Source: Iphione sp. A-MEVVRFRX5 | Taxonomy: Eukaryota | NCBI GenBank assembly: GCA_976226885.1 | Contig: OZ320320.1 | Span: 10,912,001 to 10,976,000, forward strand | DNA length: 64,000 nucleotides | Reading direction: 5' to 3' | Shown here: piece after piece, positions 38,010 through 50,461 of the stretch | How positions within the stretch are numbered: position 1 is the first letter of the stretch | Layout of the letters: each line of letters starts with the position of its first letter | The notes under the pieces: generated by a model | Database searches by the model: none | What the model was told of the DNA's origin: nothing | The model's input: the letters and a program-made list of their open reading frames with translations, nothing else | Translations under genes and position numbers: made by a program

Positions 38010-38990
38010 GTAAACAGGAGGAGGTGCAGCTACCATACATTCCCTGGGGGAAGGGACAGGGAAAGAGAGTAAACATGGGGCATCATGGTAAACAGGAGGA
38101 GGTGCAGCTACCATACACTCCCCGCAGGTCAAGGAAAGAGTAAATCCGGGGCACCAGGGTAAGTAAGAGAGGTGCAGCTATCATACACTCCCCCGCAGGT
38201 CAATGAAAGAGAGTAAACACGGGGCACCAGGGTAAGTAAGAGGAGGTGCAGCTATCATACACTCCCCCACAGGTCAAGGAAAGAGAGTAAACATAGGGCA
38301 CTGGAGTAAGTAGAAGGAGGTGCAGCTACCACACACTCCTCCGCAGGTTAGGGAAAGAGAGTAAACATAGGGCACTGGAGTAAGTAGAAGGAGGTGCAGC
38401 TACCACACATTCTCCCGTAGGTCAGGGAAAGAGAGTAAACATTGGGCACTGGAGTAAGTAGGAGGAGGTGCAGCTACCATACACTCCCCTGCAGGTTAGG
38501 GAAAGAGAGTAAACATAGGGCACTGGAGTAAGTAGAAGGAGGTGCAGCTACCATACACTCCCCCGCAGGTCAGGGAAAGAGAGTAAACACGGGGCACTGG
38601 AGTAAGTAGAAGGAGGTGCAGCTACCATACACTCCTCCACTGGTCAGGGAAAGAGAGTAAACGCAGGCCACCTGGGTAAGTAGGAGGAGGGGCAGCTGCC
38701 ATACACTCCCCCACAGGTCAGGGAAAGAGAGTAAACATGGGGCACCAGGGTAAACAGGAGGAGATGCAGCTACCATACACTCCCCGCAGGTCAAGGAAAG
38801 AGTAAACCTGGGGCACCAGGGTAAGTAAGAGAGGTGCAGCTATCATACACTCCCCCACAGGTCAAGGAAAGAGAGTAAACATAGGGCACCAGGGTAAGTA
38901 GGAGGAGGTGCAGCCACCATGCATTTCCCAACAGGTTAGGGAAAGAGAGTAAACATGGGGCACCAGAGTTAGTAGGAGGAGGTGCAGCTA
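38010..38990. repeat. About 74-bp minisatellite, about 13 copies
   Basis: GAGGTGCAGCT at 38243, 38317, 38391, 38465 and onward. Confidence 0.95.
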
Positions 38991-39409
38991 CCATGGACCC
39001 CTCAGGGGTGGAGGGCAGGGAAAGAGAATAAACACTTGACTGGAATAATCGACCTCCAGGTAATTGAGGGAATGGACCAATTCTAGCTATTCTAGCTACT
39101 GCTAGTTCCCAACACTCACTAAGCCAACTAGTAGAGATCTCGTAAGTGCATGAATGATTCACAGAGAAGTAAAATGCTTCCCGTTGGTACTGTGTGTGGA
39201 GTGCAGCAGCTCATGACAAGTAGATCGAGGGGAGCTTTTAGGACAGTTCACCTGTAGAGGGAGCCTGTTTGTGGAAACTCTTGTCACGAGAAGTTTATTG
39301 GGCCAGCGTAGTGATGGCTCCCCGAGCTGCATGCCATCTGGTGGTTGAAACAGCAACTCTTCAGCCTTGAGTTGGAGGTCGGCTGACTTCACTCTTAGAA
39401 CTGAGATAG

Positions 39410-40310
39410 CCTGCTTCAGTCTGCCTCAGTTGTACTCTCCCTGTCGGCCTGATACCTGCTTCAGTCTTCCTCAGTCGTACTCTCCCTGCCAGCCTGATAC
39501 CTGCTTTAGTCTTCCTCAGTCTTACTCTCCCTGCCGGCCTGATACCTGCTATAGTCTGCCTCTGTCGTACTCTTCCTGCCGGCCTGATACCTGCTTCAGT
39601 CTGCCTCAGTCGTACTCTCCCTGCCGGCCTGATACCTGCTATAGTCTTCCTCAGTCTTACTCTGCCTGCCGGCCTGATACCTGCTATAGTCTGCCTCAGT
39701 CGTACTCTCCCTGCCGGCCTGATACCTGCTTCAGTCTGCCTCAGTTGTACTCTCCCTGCCGGCCTGATACCCGCTTTAGTCCGTCTCAGTCTTACTCTCC
39801 CTGCCCGCCTGATACCTGCTATAGTCTTCCTCAGTCGTACTCTGCCTGCCGGCCTGATACCTGCTATAGTCTTGCTCAGTCTTACTCTGCCTGCCGGCCT
39901 GATACCTGCTATAGTCTGCCTCAGTCGTACTCTCCCTGCCGGCCTGATACCTGCTTCAGTCTGCCTCAGTTGTACTCTCCCTGCCAGCCTTATACCCGCT
40001 TTAGTCTGTCTCAGTCTTACTCTCCCTGCCCGCCTGATACCTGCTATAGTCTTCCTCAGTCTTACTCTCCCTGCCAGCCTGATACCTGCTATAGTCTTCC
40101 TCAGTCTTACTCTCCCTGCCGGCCTGATACCTGCTATAGTCTGCCTCTGTCATACTCTCCCTGCCGGCCTGTTACCTGCTTCAGTCTGCCTCAGTCTTAC
40201 TCTCCTTGCCGGCCTGATACCTGCTTCAGTCTGCCTCAGTCATACTCTCCCTGCCGGCCTGATACCGTCTTCAGTCTGCCTCAGTCTTACTCTCCCTGCC
40301 GGCCTGATTT
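39410..40310. repeat. 45-bp minisatellite, about 20 copies, just upstream of an STK33 exon
   Basis: Unit GATACCTGCTATAGTCTGCCTCAGTCGTACTCTCCCTGCCGGCCT. Confidence 0.95.
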
Positions 40311-40400
40311 CTGTATCTTGGTCATCATTTCACCTGCACGTTTTTTGATGTGTCTGCCATTCTGTCTTCGCCGCCTGTGCCTTCCATTGTCAGACTTTGA

Positions 40401-40592
<192 letters not shown>

Positions 40593-41399
40593 TAATAATT
40601 AATAATGTTATAAAACTTTTGATGATTGATAACATGTGGTGCGTAACTTATTGTATAGCCTCTCATAATATGTCAGGTTGCAGGTGGTTTAGAAAAATTT
40701 GGAATTTGGAAAAAGTTAAGGTGATTAATAAATTTGACGTACAGCTGACATCAAGGTGTAGCTGTGTAGGCAGGACTCTATTTGCCCCTCCCCTGCTAGG
40801 AGGAAGTAGTAGGTGAGATATGCATCCTATTCATGCCAGAGGGAGCCACTGTCAGTTCAGCTTTCATGACTTTCAACGTCAGTGGCACCTGAGTGGCCCA
40901 GTGACGTACATTTTTCACTTTTTGACATATTTTCTGTCGCTTATTGTGCTTACACTTTTGTTATAGGTTAGATAATGACGTTTAGATATAAACACACTAA
41001 TTAGCTTGTGTTTAGAGATCCACTGTGCATTGCTTAGGCTGTTGGAACCTGCCACTGTGCTTAGTGAGCCATGCTAACCTACGATACAGGAGTTAGTACA
41101 TGAGCCTAGTCTCATAATTAGATGATCCATGCGAGCATGTTCCTCCTGATACAGGTGCCCGCAGGTCAGACCCTCCACAGCTAGATTCAGATCTGGGCTG
41201 TATTTTCTGTATTTTCCTGTACGAAAGTCAGTTATACTGAACGCTCCTATTCAAGTAGGATGGCTGCCAGTGATAAGGAGAAACCAGTTGCGTTCACCCA
41301 GCAAAATGAGGGTGAAAATCCCCCGCCAAAGCGCGCCAAGGTGCTTCAAAATCCAACTCAGAAATTGAGGAAACGTGGCAAAAGTGTTTTGGCTATACC

Positions 41400-42203
41400 A
41401 ATGCTACCGTGTAATATGAAACAAAATGGCATCAAGGTTTCGCCGAGATAAGCTCGTCAGGCGTCATAAAGGCGGTAATCAAGGTGACAACAATAGTTGA
41501 CTTCAAGGGGGGCCCAGGGGGCCCTTTCCCTGCTTTTTCGTCCACCATAGCGTCATTCGTGGATACAAATGATATCAAGAGGGATCTGTAGAGTTTAACC
41601 CTTCGGGGAATGCCAGTTAATAGAAAAGTTTTGAACAAGGCTTACAGGGAGTCTCTATTTGCAACCACCACTAGGGACCAAGCTCAAATGGTCTTAATGG
41701 CAAATTTGGTCTTAAATAGAGTATCAAATGTATAGAAATTAAGATCTTTGTTCCCAACTAAAGTGGTCTTAAATAGAGAATTGTCGCAAAATGATATGGT
41801 CATAAATAGAGACTCCACTGTATTGGCAAGTTACCATTAGGTTGAACATCTTAGGTATATGACAGTGCGTCAGTTAGATTTAGACCAAATGGAGACATAC
41901 TGTGCAGTCTGTAGATCCATCTTTGTTCATTGAGATTGCGCAAATATTTTGCTCGGATAGTCTCTGGATGTGAGTGGATGAAATCCATCGCATGTCCTTC
42001 GAAATCGTAACAGCCCAGATATTTCTTACTGCTGCAGTGTTATCTCCGTATCCGTGATCAGTTTGTTTGACTGTGCAGTAATGATTGTGGAGATGGTCCA
42101 GCGGTCTCCTAGTGGTTTGGCCCACATATTGGACGCCAAATGTTTTGCAAGTTATGCAATAGATCAGATTTGAGCTCTGGCATGTGACGTTGTATTTTAC
42201 CAC
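41400..42203 (-). mobile_element. Penelope-like element 3' part: GIY-YIG endonuclease and probable terminal region
   Basis: TCQSSNLIYCITC...QYVGQT and EQRWIYRLHSMSPFGLN; hammerhead-like core further downstream on the same strand (41438-41460). Left boundary uncertain. Confidence 0.8.
41645..41820. mobile_element. Tigger-like MITE (same family as 26441), inserted in the Penelope remnant
   Basis: CAGGGAGTCTCTATTT / AAATAGAGACTCCACTG with TA on both sides. Confidence 0.9.
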
Positions 42204-42211
42204 ATATTTGC

Positions 42212-42300
42212 ATTTTTTTTATTTCTTTAAAAACAGTTGACCAGCATCAGCCATATGGCTGGATTACAGCTGGGGCTGTGAAGTTACAGTGGATATCATG
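42212..42300 (-). mobile_element. LINE 3' tail
   Basis: CAGCC-ATAT-GGCTG hairpin at 42248-42261 with poly(T) on +. Confidence 0.6.
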
Positions 42301-42572
42301 GAAACAGCAGCATTAATTGCTTAATAGCATATAGGGTTGCTTTCGTGAGAGTACTGAAAAGACTATACTAAATATGTATATACCATCACTCCCATTTTAT
42401 GTATATAGCTCTAAAGTACTAATGGTGGCACCCCCTGGCGTCAATAGGATGCATATCTTTCCTGCTGCGTCCGCCAATACTCCAAAAGGGATTTATTAGA
42501 TTCCAGTCACCTTGCGCTGAAGGTAAGGTAACTGCAGAATTTTTCACTCCATCATTCTCTTCTTATTTATAG

Positions 42573-42655
42573 GTATGGTTCACAGAGATTTGAAGCTGGA
42601 AAATATTCTCCTCAGCAACAACCCAAATGACAGCTCTGACCACCTCTACATCAAA
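42573..42655 (+). CDS. STK33: STK33 exon (catalytic loop HRDLKLEN)
   Basis: TTTATAG| acceptor, AAA|GTAAGT donor, phase 1 to 0. Confidence 0.97.
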
Positions 42656-42699
42656 GTAAGTCAGTTTTTGTCAGTATCTTACTCGGGCTTACTATTTTC

Positions 42700-43535
42700 T
42701 TTCTAAATCCTGATTGAGTATTGCAGATCATAGGAAGCGAGTTAAGAGTTTCATCGAGATTTGAAAACATCAAATAATTGCAGAATGGAAGAACAGTACC
42801 ATCAAGCTGCGCCATAGATGAAGTTGATAACCCTTTACGTTGTATTCTTATATACATCTCCACTTCCTGGCCGGGATAGATTAGAATAGAATAGCACAGC
42901 AATAGCACAGATAAAACCTGCTGTCTGGTAGGTATACAGTGTATTTACAGCTCCAGCTGAAAACCAGCCCTGGCTGATGCTTGAACAACTGTTTAAATGA
43001 ATTTTTTTTTAAAACGGGGTCAGGATCCGGTTGATCCTGGGAAAGAAGGTAGAAATCTCAGATAAGTCGAGAGCTTGCTTTATTGTGAACCCGAGGAAGT
43101 ACCTTATTCTAGGAATTACATACTTCCTGTGTTTGTCCTACAGCAAAATCTAAATTTCTCTTTTCTATTCTGGAGTTGATATTTTATAATTTATTTAAAA
43201 AAGACTTGTTGATGGATACCAATCAGTTTCAATATTGGTATTATTAGTCTGATTGTGAGAAAAAAGAGTCATATTATCGTATTTAATTTTTTTCATCTGA
43301 GTTTTATTGATGTTTATTGATATATTGGTGTATTTAATGCTGAGTGTCAATATTTATGGAGAAATCCTTATTACATTCTGACCTTTTAAACCACATGGTA
43401 CTATATAACTCTATGTAGTAACACCTTTGTCAACATAAAAGAATTACAAGATTTGGTTACTGGGCACGGACTCAGCTGAAAACCAGCCACAAGGCTGATG
43501 TTGATGATTGAAGGAAACTGAAATTTAAAAAAGAA
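42700..43535 (+). mobile_element. Two consecutive 5'-truncated LINE 3' ends
   Basis: KHQIIAEWKNSTIKLR (cf. end of ORF 30-749); tail hairpins at 42965-42976 and 43484-43497. Confidence 0.6.
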
Positions 43536-44289
43536 GTCTATGGCAAGTTTGTATTGCAGCTGATATTTTGGGGGGGGGCGGGACTTATATGTCCTGTTTC
43601 TCTGATTAGGTCACTTTGCTGTCACTAGTGGGAAAGACCCTCAATACTGCGCACATGGTGTTGCTGTTTAGACTAACTTTACATGGACACTTGTTAGAGT
43701 TGCCACTCCACTCATGTCACGTAGACAGCCAGCAGTGGTTGAGGAGATAGAAGGTATATCAAACACCTGAGGCAGCATGCAGCCCCATGGTATCACCCTG
43801 GACCTTACCAAGGTCAACTAGAGAGCCTGCAGCACTCTGGGAGACTAGCAGGTATATTCATGACAGGCTGTGTTAGTGGCAGAGGGCAGCTTTCCATAAT
43901 CCCTAGTGAAAACGGGGATCTAACAGCACCGCTTTTCTCAAGGTCAACTAGAGAGCCTGCAGCACTCTGGGAGACTAGCAGGTATACTCATGACAGGTTG
44001 TGTCAGTGGCAGAGGGCACCTTTACATACTCCCGAGTGAAAACAGGGACCTAACAGCGCCAGTTTTCTTCAAAACAACATCAAATAAATACGGAAAAACT
44101 GCTGTCACCTTGTGTGTTTTGTTAAAAGTAAATGCCACGGAAATTTATCAAAATTGGCACACAAGACTGCTGACCGTGTATATTCTATTTTCAGAAGATA
44201 AATCACATATTTATGAAAAGTACCGACAGAAACGTGTGTTTTGTATATAAAGTGAAAGCACGCTCATTGCTTATTAACATTATGACATA

Positions 44290-44470
44290 CAATACAATGC
44301 ATATGACTTCAGTGACGATTTCATAGACAGGTTTCAGACACCAACAGATTCACACAATACATACATCTCCAAGACCGGCTACAACAGAATCATCAAACAA
44401 TTCAAACAGTGGAACAATTCAAAGAGTCATGCAATACACAATGACACCAGTAACATAGTACACAGTTTCA
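44290..44470 (+). mobile_element. LINE RT C-terminal fragment (family of 1-1015)
   Basis: YISKTGYNRIIKQ...QWNNSKSHAIHNDTSNIVHSF. Confidence 0.75.
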
Positions 44471-45246
44471 TCATTGGATGAGCAGTGACATCTGTCTCAG
44501 TTGATCTAGATGTACAGTGATTCAATGTTGGATAGATACTACTATAATATGTACTTTGGGTAATCCATTCATTGCTGCTTTCCAGTCATATCTTAATGTA
44601 CCTTGCAGCTTCGACGGGAAACCAACCATCAGGCTGATTTTCGGAAATAAAACACAAAAAAATAGTGTGATGTAAGCTAACCTCCCTTAGTCTTATATCA
44701 CCGCACAAAACTATTAACCACGAAAAATTCAAACTGTTTTCTGTGGTTGATTATGATCTGAAACAGAAACAATCAGTACTTCTGCAGATTGTTTTTTTGG
44801 CGGGGGAAGGGTTCAGATATTATTTATTTTTAAACGAAAAGTTGAGGCATTCTGTGATCAGCCAGAGACTTGTTTGCAGTTAGGCGTCTATGATATTTGC
44901 ACGAATCTTACTAAATAACGTTACATAAAGTTGAATTTGCTGAAAGGAAAAACATAATACTGAACGCATGCAGGATGTTGAATACTGATACTTCACATTT
45001 GACTAGGATTGTTGTTTACCCTGCTATCTCAAACCCAGCCAACTTAAACAGACAAATGCAGACACAAAGTTACATTGTGTGATGAACAATTCAGACTTAT
45101 TGTACAGTTCGATTACCGTCGAGTAAACTGTCAGAGAGAAAGTATGCTAAGACCAACCTCATTATCATGTAGAGCCTGTTGAAGCTGAGGGTAGTTTCAC
45201 GGGGGAAGCAACCTTTGCACTACGTTCTGGTGAACGAACTTTCCAG

Positions 45247-45334
45247 GTGACGGACTTCGGCTTGTCGGTGGTGAAGGGAGGAGTCAGCCACGAGAACATG
45301 ATGATGGACTTCTGTGGCACACCCATGTACATGG
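45247..45334 (+). CDS. STK33: STK33 exon (VTDFG...CGTPMYM)
   Basis: TTCCAG| acceptor, G|GTAAGT donor, phase 0 to 1. Confidence 0.97.
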
Positions 45335-45556
45335 GTAAGTTCCGCACCTGCTACTCGGCCAGGCCACTTGGTTTTGTCAGTAGTTAATTTTTTGTCTTAA
45401 AGACAATCAAGATGCTAAGTAGAAATGACACCAGTAAACTAAAGAAAAGCCTAATCATGTCTTACGCACTGCAGGAACTAGTAGTACTTCCATTGGCGGA
45501 TGTATCTGCTTCACCCGCTCATGATGAACCTGTTTTTGTTTACTAATGGTGTCCAG

Positions 45557-45632
45557 CTCCAGAGATCATCGAGAATAAAACCTACAGTGAGAAGTGTGAC
45601 GTCTGGGCCATGGGAGTTATTGTATACACGTT
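45557..45632 (+). CDS. STK33: STK33 exon (APE...CDVWAMGVI)
   Basis: TCCAG| acceptor, |GTAAGT donor, phase 1 to 2. Confidence 0.97.
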
Positions 45633-46401
45633 GTAAGTACTTCTCACTTCCCTACTCACGTGGTGTGCTCGGCTACACACGTCACAATACCACCTGCCCA
45701 GACTGTGTTGGTACTGTATCGTGTACCACACTAGTGTGGTACAGGGTCAAAGGTGAAATGCATTCCTTTTTTATTCAAACATGATGGCAGTGCTCTGTCA
45801 ATTCGATTTTTAAGCTGAAATATGAAGAGAATAGATTCTTTTTAGGGAAATGCTAAATAGGAAATCTTAAAATGTACCATAGACACACCTCGTGGTCATA
45901 TCTGGGAGCTATTTCGAAGCATATTTTTTATTAAAGCAGAAGGTTGTTGCACACAGCATTATATTACAAACCGGAAATAAAGTTTTTTTCTAACGCACAT
46001 GCTTCTTGGGTCGGTTTGGACATGTGAAGTAGACTAAAGTTGTGTAAACATACCATTTGCGAGCGGATATAATGAAATAATTGATAAAAAAAACAACCTT
46101 CAGAAAGGTAGAATTTCCCAAATATTTGTATATATGCATGGAATAAAGGCAAGACCACACTTACAGAGGCGAAGTATCCCTTGGCATTCGTTCGCATGGC
46201 GTGCACCCTACCTACGGCTGCAGTCCATCATGTGAACGAATGCCTAACGATACACTGCCCCTGCGTGGCTGTCCTGTCTTAGTACTACTCAGGCATCGTG
46301 CTCCTGTACTTGTCTGTTCCATTGTGTATTGGTTTGGTATGCTTGTGGTATGTATTTGTTGGATGGATTAGAAATCAGTTTATATTAAATTTTATGAAGT
46401 A

Positions 46402-46549
46402 CAGTGGAAACTCTATTTAAGACTACCTTTGGGTCCGACCAAAATTGGTCTGATTAGTGAGTTTGGTCGCAAATCAATGATAGTTCAATATAGAAATGAA
46501 TGTTTCTGTACCCAAATAAAAGTCTTAAATTGAATTTGGATTTCCACTG
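46402..46549. mobile_element. Diverged Tigger-like MITE
   Basis: TA-CAGTGGAAACTC ... TTTCCACTG-TA. Confidence 0.7.
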
Positions 46550-46609
46550 TAATATTTTGGAAAGTGGTGGATATTTTCGTTTCTCTGTCACTGTCTCTGT
46601 CTCTGTCTA

Positions 46610-46666
<57 letters not shown>

Positions 46667-46806
46667 GTCTGGCCTGCTTGTTTTTGCTGTCTGTCTCTCT
46701 TGCCATCTCACACCTACATTTATCTTTAGGTAAGTACAAATGATAATGTATCAGTAATCCGAAAACGTATAGCAAGTCCAAAAACTTCATTTCTCTCTGA
46801 TAACAG

Positions 46807-46928
46807 ATTATGTGGCCATCCACCTTTTGTCAGTAAGGATGAAGAGAAGTTGTATGAAATCATCAAGACAGCAGACGTGTCCAAGCACTTCAGTGAGGAC
46901 GAGATTTGGGACGGCATTAGTGACAGTG
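46807..46928 (+). CDS. STK33: STK33 exon (LCGHPPFVSKDEEKLYEII...WDGISDS)
   Basis: TAACAG| acceptor, G|GTAAGC donor, phase 2 to 1. Confidence 0.95.
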
Positions 46929-47101
46929 GTAAGCATACATATATATTATCTTATCGTTTCGCCGCCGACGGCAGCAGAGGGGGTCTGATTTGGACTATGG
47001 AGTGAGAAGGGCCAATTACAGGCTCCAATAATTCCGTCCATCACCAGTGAGGCGGGACATGGATGGGATTGGTGGGTATGGCCCCCTGTAGTATGGTGCA
47101 G

Positions 47102-47745
47102 TTTTGTTGCCCCCCACCTCATAGAGAAGGGGGACCTTAGGAATGCTGCTGGCTGTCCGATCTTCCATCACACTCTTGTGGGTCTTATAAGTTATAACTG
47201 TGAAAACCTTCAGTTAAATGAACTGATTTTAATATATGGTACTTATATACATAGGCCCATGGCATTGGCTAATTTTGGTCGTATTTCAAATATTTTAAAA
47301 TTGAAATTATGCCAACTTACTCTTATTTTTTAATACACCCAGAAATGTAAATACCTGGTTTAGGGATTTCTAGGTCTGACAGTGCACTCAAATGCACACA
47401 CAAACGCTTGCACATGCACACACCCACCAACATTTCTCTTCGGCCAATACCACCTTGTAGCAGTCTGACCAAGGGAGGTGCAATCTTGCAGTAAAGAAAG
47501 AGATTTGTGTTTGGTTGTGGAGACTCATAATAGGCAGCCGTCGTTAATCACTCCTTGTGTGGTGAAGAGAAGTGCTGGCCTAGTAGTGAGGAGGTACACT
47601 GGCCTCTCTCTCTCCTACCCAGTCATGTCTGTTTGATTGCCACTTGATGGTGGGGGACAATAGACCTTGCAGGTCGACAGGCTGTTTGATTGCCACTTGA
47701 CAGCAGGGGACAATAGACCTCATAGGTCCATGCTCGTTGCCATTT
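47102..47745 (+). mobile_element. Helentron-HINE-like element, copy 3, with duplicated 3' end
   Basis: Core shared with 9945 and 30771; two hairpins, GACCT-TGC-AGGTC (47663-75) and GACCT-CAT-AGGTC (47716-28). Confidence 0.65.
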
Positions 47746-47835
47746 AAGGTCTTACCAGTCCTACCCTGTCATGGCGTAGTAATTTCAGTTGTACTGTGGT
47801 GGAGGAATATCAGGTTTCCCAGGTGCTTGTTTCAT

Positions 47836-48472
47836 ACATATGATCTGTCTTCCAACCAAGGGCTGTGCATGTGAATGCTGACAGTTGACCCTGCTTTATA
47901 TGTATAATGTCTTCCAGCCAAGGACTGAGTGTGAATGCTGACAGTTGATCCTGCTCTATATATATGATCTGTCTTCCAGCCAAGGCCTGCGTGTGTGGAA
48001 TGCTGACAGTTGACTCTGCTTTATATGTATAATCTGTCTTCCAGCCAAGGACTGCATGTGTGGAATGCTGACAGTTTACTCTGCTCTATATGTATGATCT
48101 GTCTTCCAGCCAAGGACTGCATGTGTGAATGCTGACAGTTTACTCTGCTCTATACGTATGATCTGTCTTCCAGCCAAGGACTGCGTGTGTGGAATGCTGA
48201 CAGTTTACTCTGCTCTATACGTATGATCTGTCTTCCAGCCAAGGACTGCGTGTGTGAATGCTGACAGTTTACTCTGCTCTATACGTATGATCTGTCTTCC
48301 AGCCAAGGACTGTGTGTGTGGAATGCTGACAGTTTACTCTGCTTTATATGTATGATCTGTCTTCCAGCCAAGGACTGCATGTGTGAATGCTGACAGTTTA
48401 CTCTGCTCTATACGTATGATCTGTCTTCCAGCCAAGGACTGTGTGTGTGGAATGCTGACAGTTGACCCTGCT
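47836..48472 (+). repeat. 64-65-bp tandem array made of the intron 3' end plus the first ~41 nt of STK33 exon 48432
   Basis: Ten copies of TCTTCCA(G)CCAAGG...GCTGACAG; the last copy is the real junction. Confidence 0.95.
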
Positions 48473-48517
48473 CACCGACTCACTGCCCTGGAGGTAGCTG
48501 ACCACCCATGGGTCAAG
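48432..48517 (+). CDS. STK33: STK33 exon (AKDCVCGMLTVDPAHRLTALEVADHPWVK)
   Basis: Matches STK33 KVDPAHRITA; AAG|GTCAGT donor; phase 1 to 0. Confidence 0.95.
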
Positions 48518-49293
48518 GTCAGTATCCAGCAGCTTCCATGCCTGCAACCAAGTCTAGTTGTTATGTGTGTTTTGTTAAAACAAATTTAGGCACCAGGAAG
48601 ATAAGGAGCTTTTTTACAATGATAATCTTTGAAGAAATGAAGAGGGCCTACTTTGATAAATGATATAATGTCCAGACGTAGGAGGCCGGCCTGCTTTAGT
48701 CAGTGATGTCTTTTTATGTCTCTAAAGAAACCATAGAGAAGGTAAGACTAGTACTAAACATGCACTGGAAGTGGATGATAGTACAAACACGAAAAGTCAT
48801 GTAAAAAGCCCCAAGGGGGACATCAGCGAAACTGTATTGCAATATTGTAGTAGATAGCGACCAGAATATTGTATCTATAGCATGATAAATGATTACTGGG
48901 CACTCAAGACTCGCCTACTACTAGGAAACTACATGTTTTAAGTGTTAATTAAACAGACAATTCTTTTAGAATATATGAATGAACAAATAACCAGAAACCT
49001 GAGTAGAGACCTGTATAGGCAGACAAACTTTGGTAGAAATTATCAGTTTACCACTAAAAAGAGTGCAGATGTCTCTGGTTCCGTTATTTCTTACCACATC
49101 GTCGACTCTCTGATTGTCACCAATCAGTTCATAAACATTCCTCTCTCAGGAATGCATCACTTGCTTATTATTATTCCGGTACTCTTTATTCTAGTGATAT
49201 ACAACAGACATATATGTGGAATTTCTGCATTTTCGACGACAAAACAAATAGATGTGAACTTGAGTATCACACGTATTAAATGCTCTCATGCAG

Positions 49294-49458
49294 GGTGAAG
49301 GGCAGCGACCCCCCAACGTGCTGCAGATGATGAAGGAGTGGAAGAATAAGCTGGAGGACGAGGACGAGCGCAGCACCGTCTGCGGGGAGGATGTGTCAGA
49401 TGGCTCGAAGCATTTACTCCCAAAGATGAATGGTACAAACGGCATCAATGATGAGCAG
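49294..49458 (+). CDS. STK33: STK33 exon (RPPNVLQMMKEWKN...)
   Basis: Matches the STK33-specific RPTNVLEMMKEWKN motif; CATGCAG| acceptor. Donor could be 49458 or 49462. Confidence 0.9.
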
Positions 49459-49499
49459 GTAGGTAAGAAAAGCGGGGCTGGCACAGAGGAGTGCTAGAC

Positions 49500-49805
49500 C
49501 TTAGGATCACTACTACTGTCTGACTGTCCGGCCTTCTATTACAACCTCATGGGTTTTATACATGTAACATCAGTACCCTCATGTCAAATAAGCTGAAAGT
49601 TGGATATGGTACTCACCCATGAACTCGCACTGCCAGATTATTCCTGTTTCATTTGAAGTTTAAAGGGGAAATTGTTGCATTTTAATGTACTCCACTCATA
49701 CACACATGTAACATATATAATATCATAATTCATTATGCAAGTGTGATGGTGGCCGGTAGATTTGGGAGACAATAGACCTTAGAGGTCCACACTCTTGCTC
49801 TATAT
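49500..49805 (+). mobile_element. Helentron-HINE-like element, diverged copy 4
   Basis: CCTTAGGA...core remnant; hairpin GACCT-TAG-AGGTC at 49775-49787. Confidence 0.5.
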
Positions 49806-50461
49806 GGCCATTCTTTTTCGTTGATAAAACAATGTTCATACAAAAGGATATTCTTGTCATGGAAAATCATGGGATATGTATGTAAAATTTTATGGGCGGG
49901 GAGGGACAGATTTGGATGAGTGAGAAATAGCATCAGCACCTTTAAAGTAAATCGCCTAGCCATTTTCATGCCTCTCCACAGTACAGTTCATTATGAGTCT
50001 GGAGTATACATGTACATCGCTATAATCTGTATTCATGAGATGGTGTAAAGAGTCCGGGACAGTCATCTGGTTTAGATTCAAAGGAAAATATGAACAATTC
50101 TCAATGTCAAGTTGCACGTGCAGATTATCAAAGATTTATGTGCTTTACATTATGAAACCACTTTTTTTTATTTCAAAATTTCAATACAACACACGGCATC
50201 AGCCAGACGCTGGTGTTCATCCAATGTCTGCTCAGAGTAACACATTTCATTTCCAGTATAAGGATGGAACAATAAATAAAGTGTAATAAATATTGAGTAG
50301 TACAACATACAGTGATTTGAAATCTTCATACAGCTTCATTTAATAGTATCGGTCAGTAATGTTAGGAATTGTTATACAGTTTTCTATATTAGTAGAATAA
50401 AGTATGACTGCACGAATATTTCATCATATGCAATAAATACACTAGATATTTTAATTGATTA

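Noticed and set aside
47575-47595. TGGCCTAGTAG, resembling a Pol III A box
   Set aside because: No B box downstream and no tRNA fold; it lies inside the HINE-like copy.
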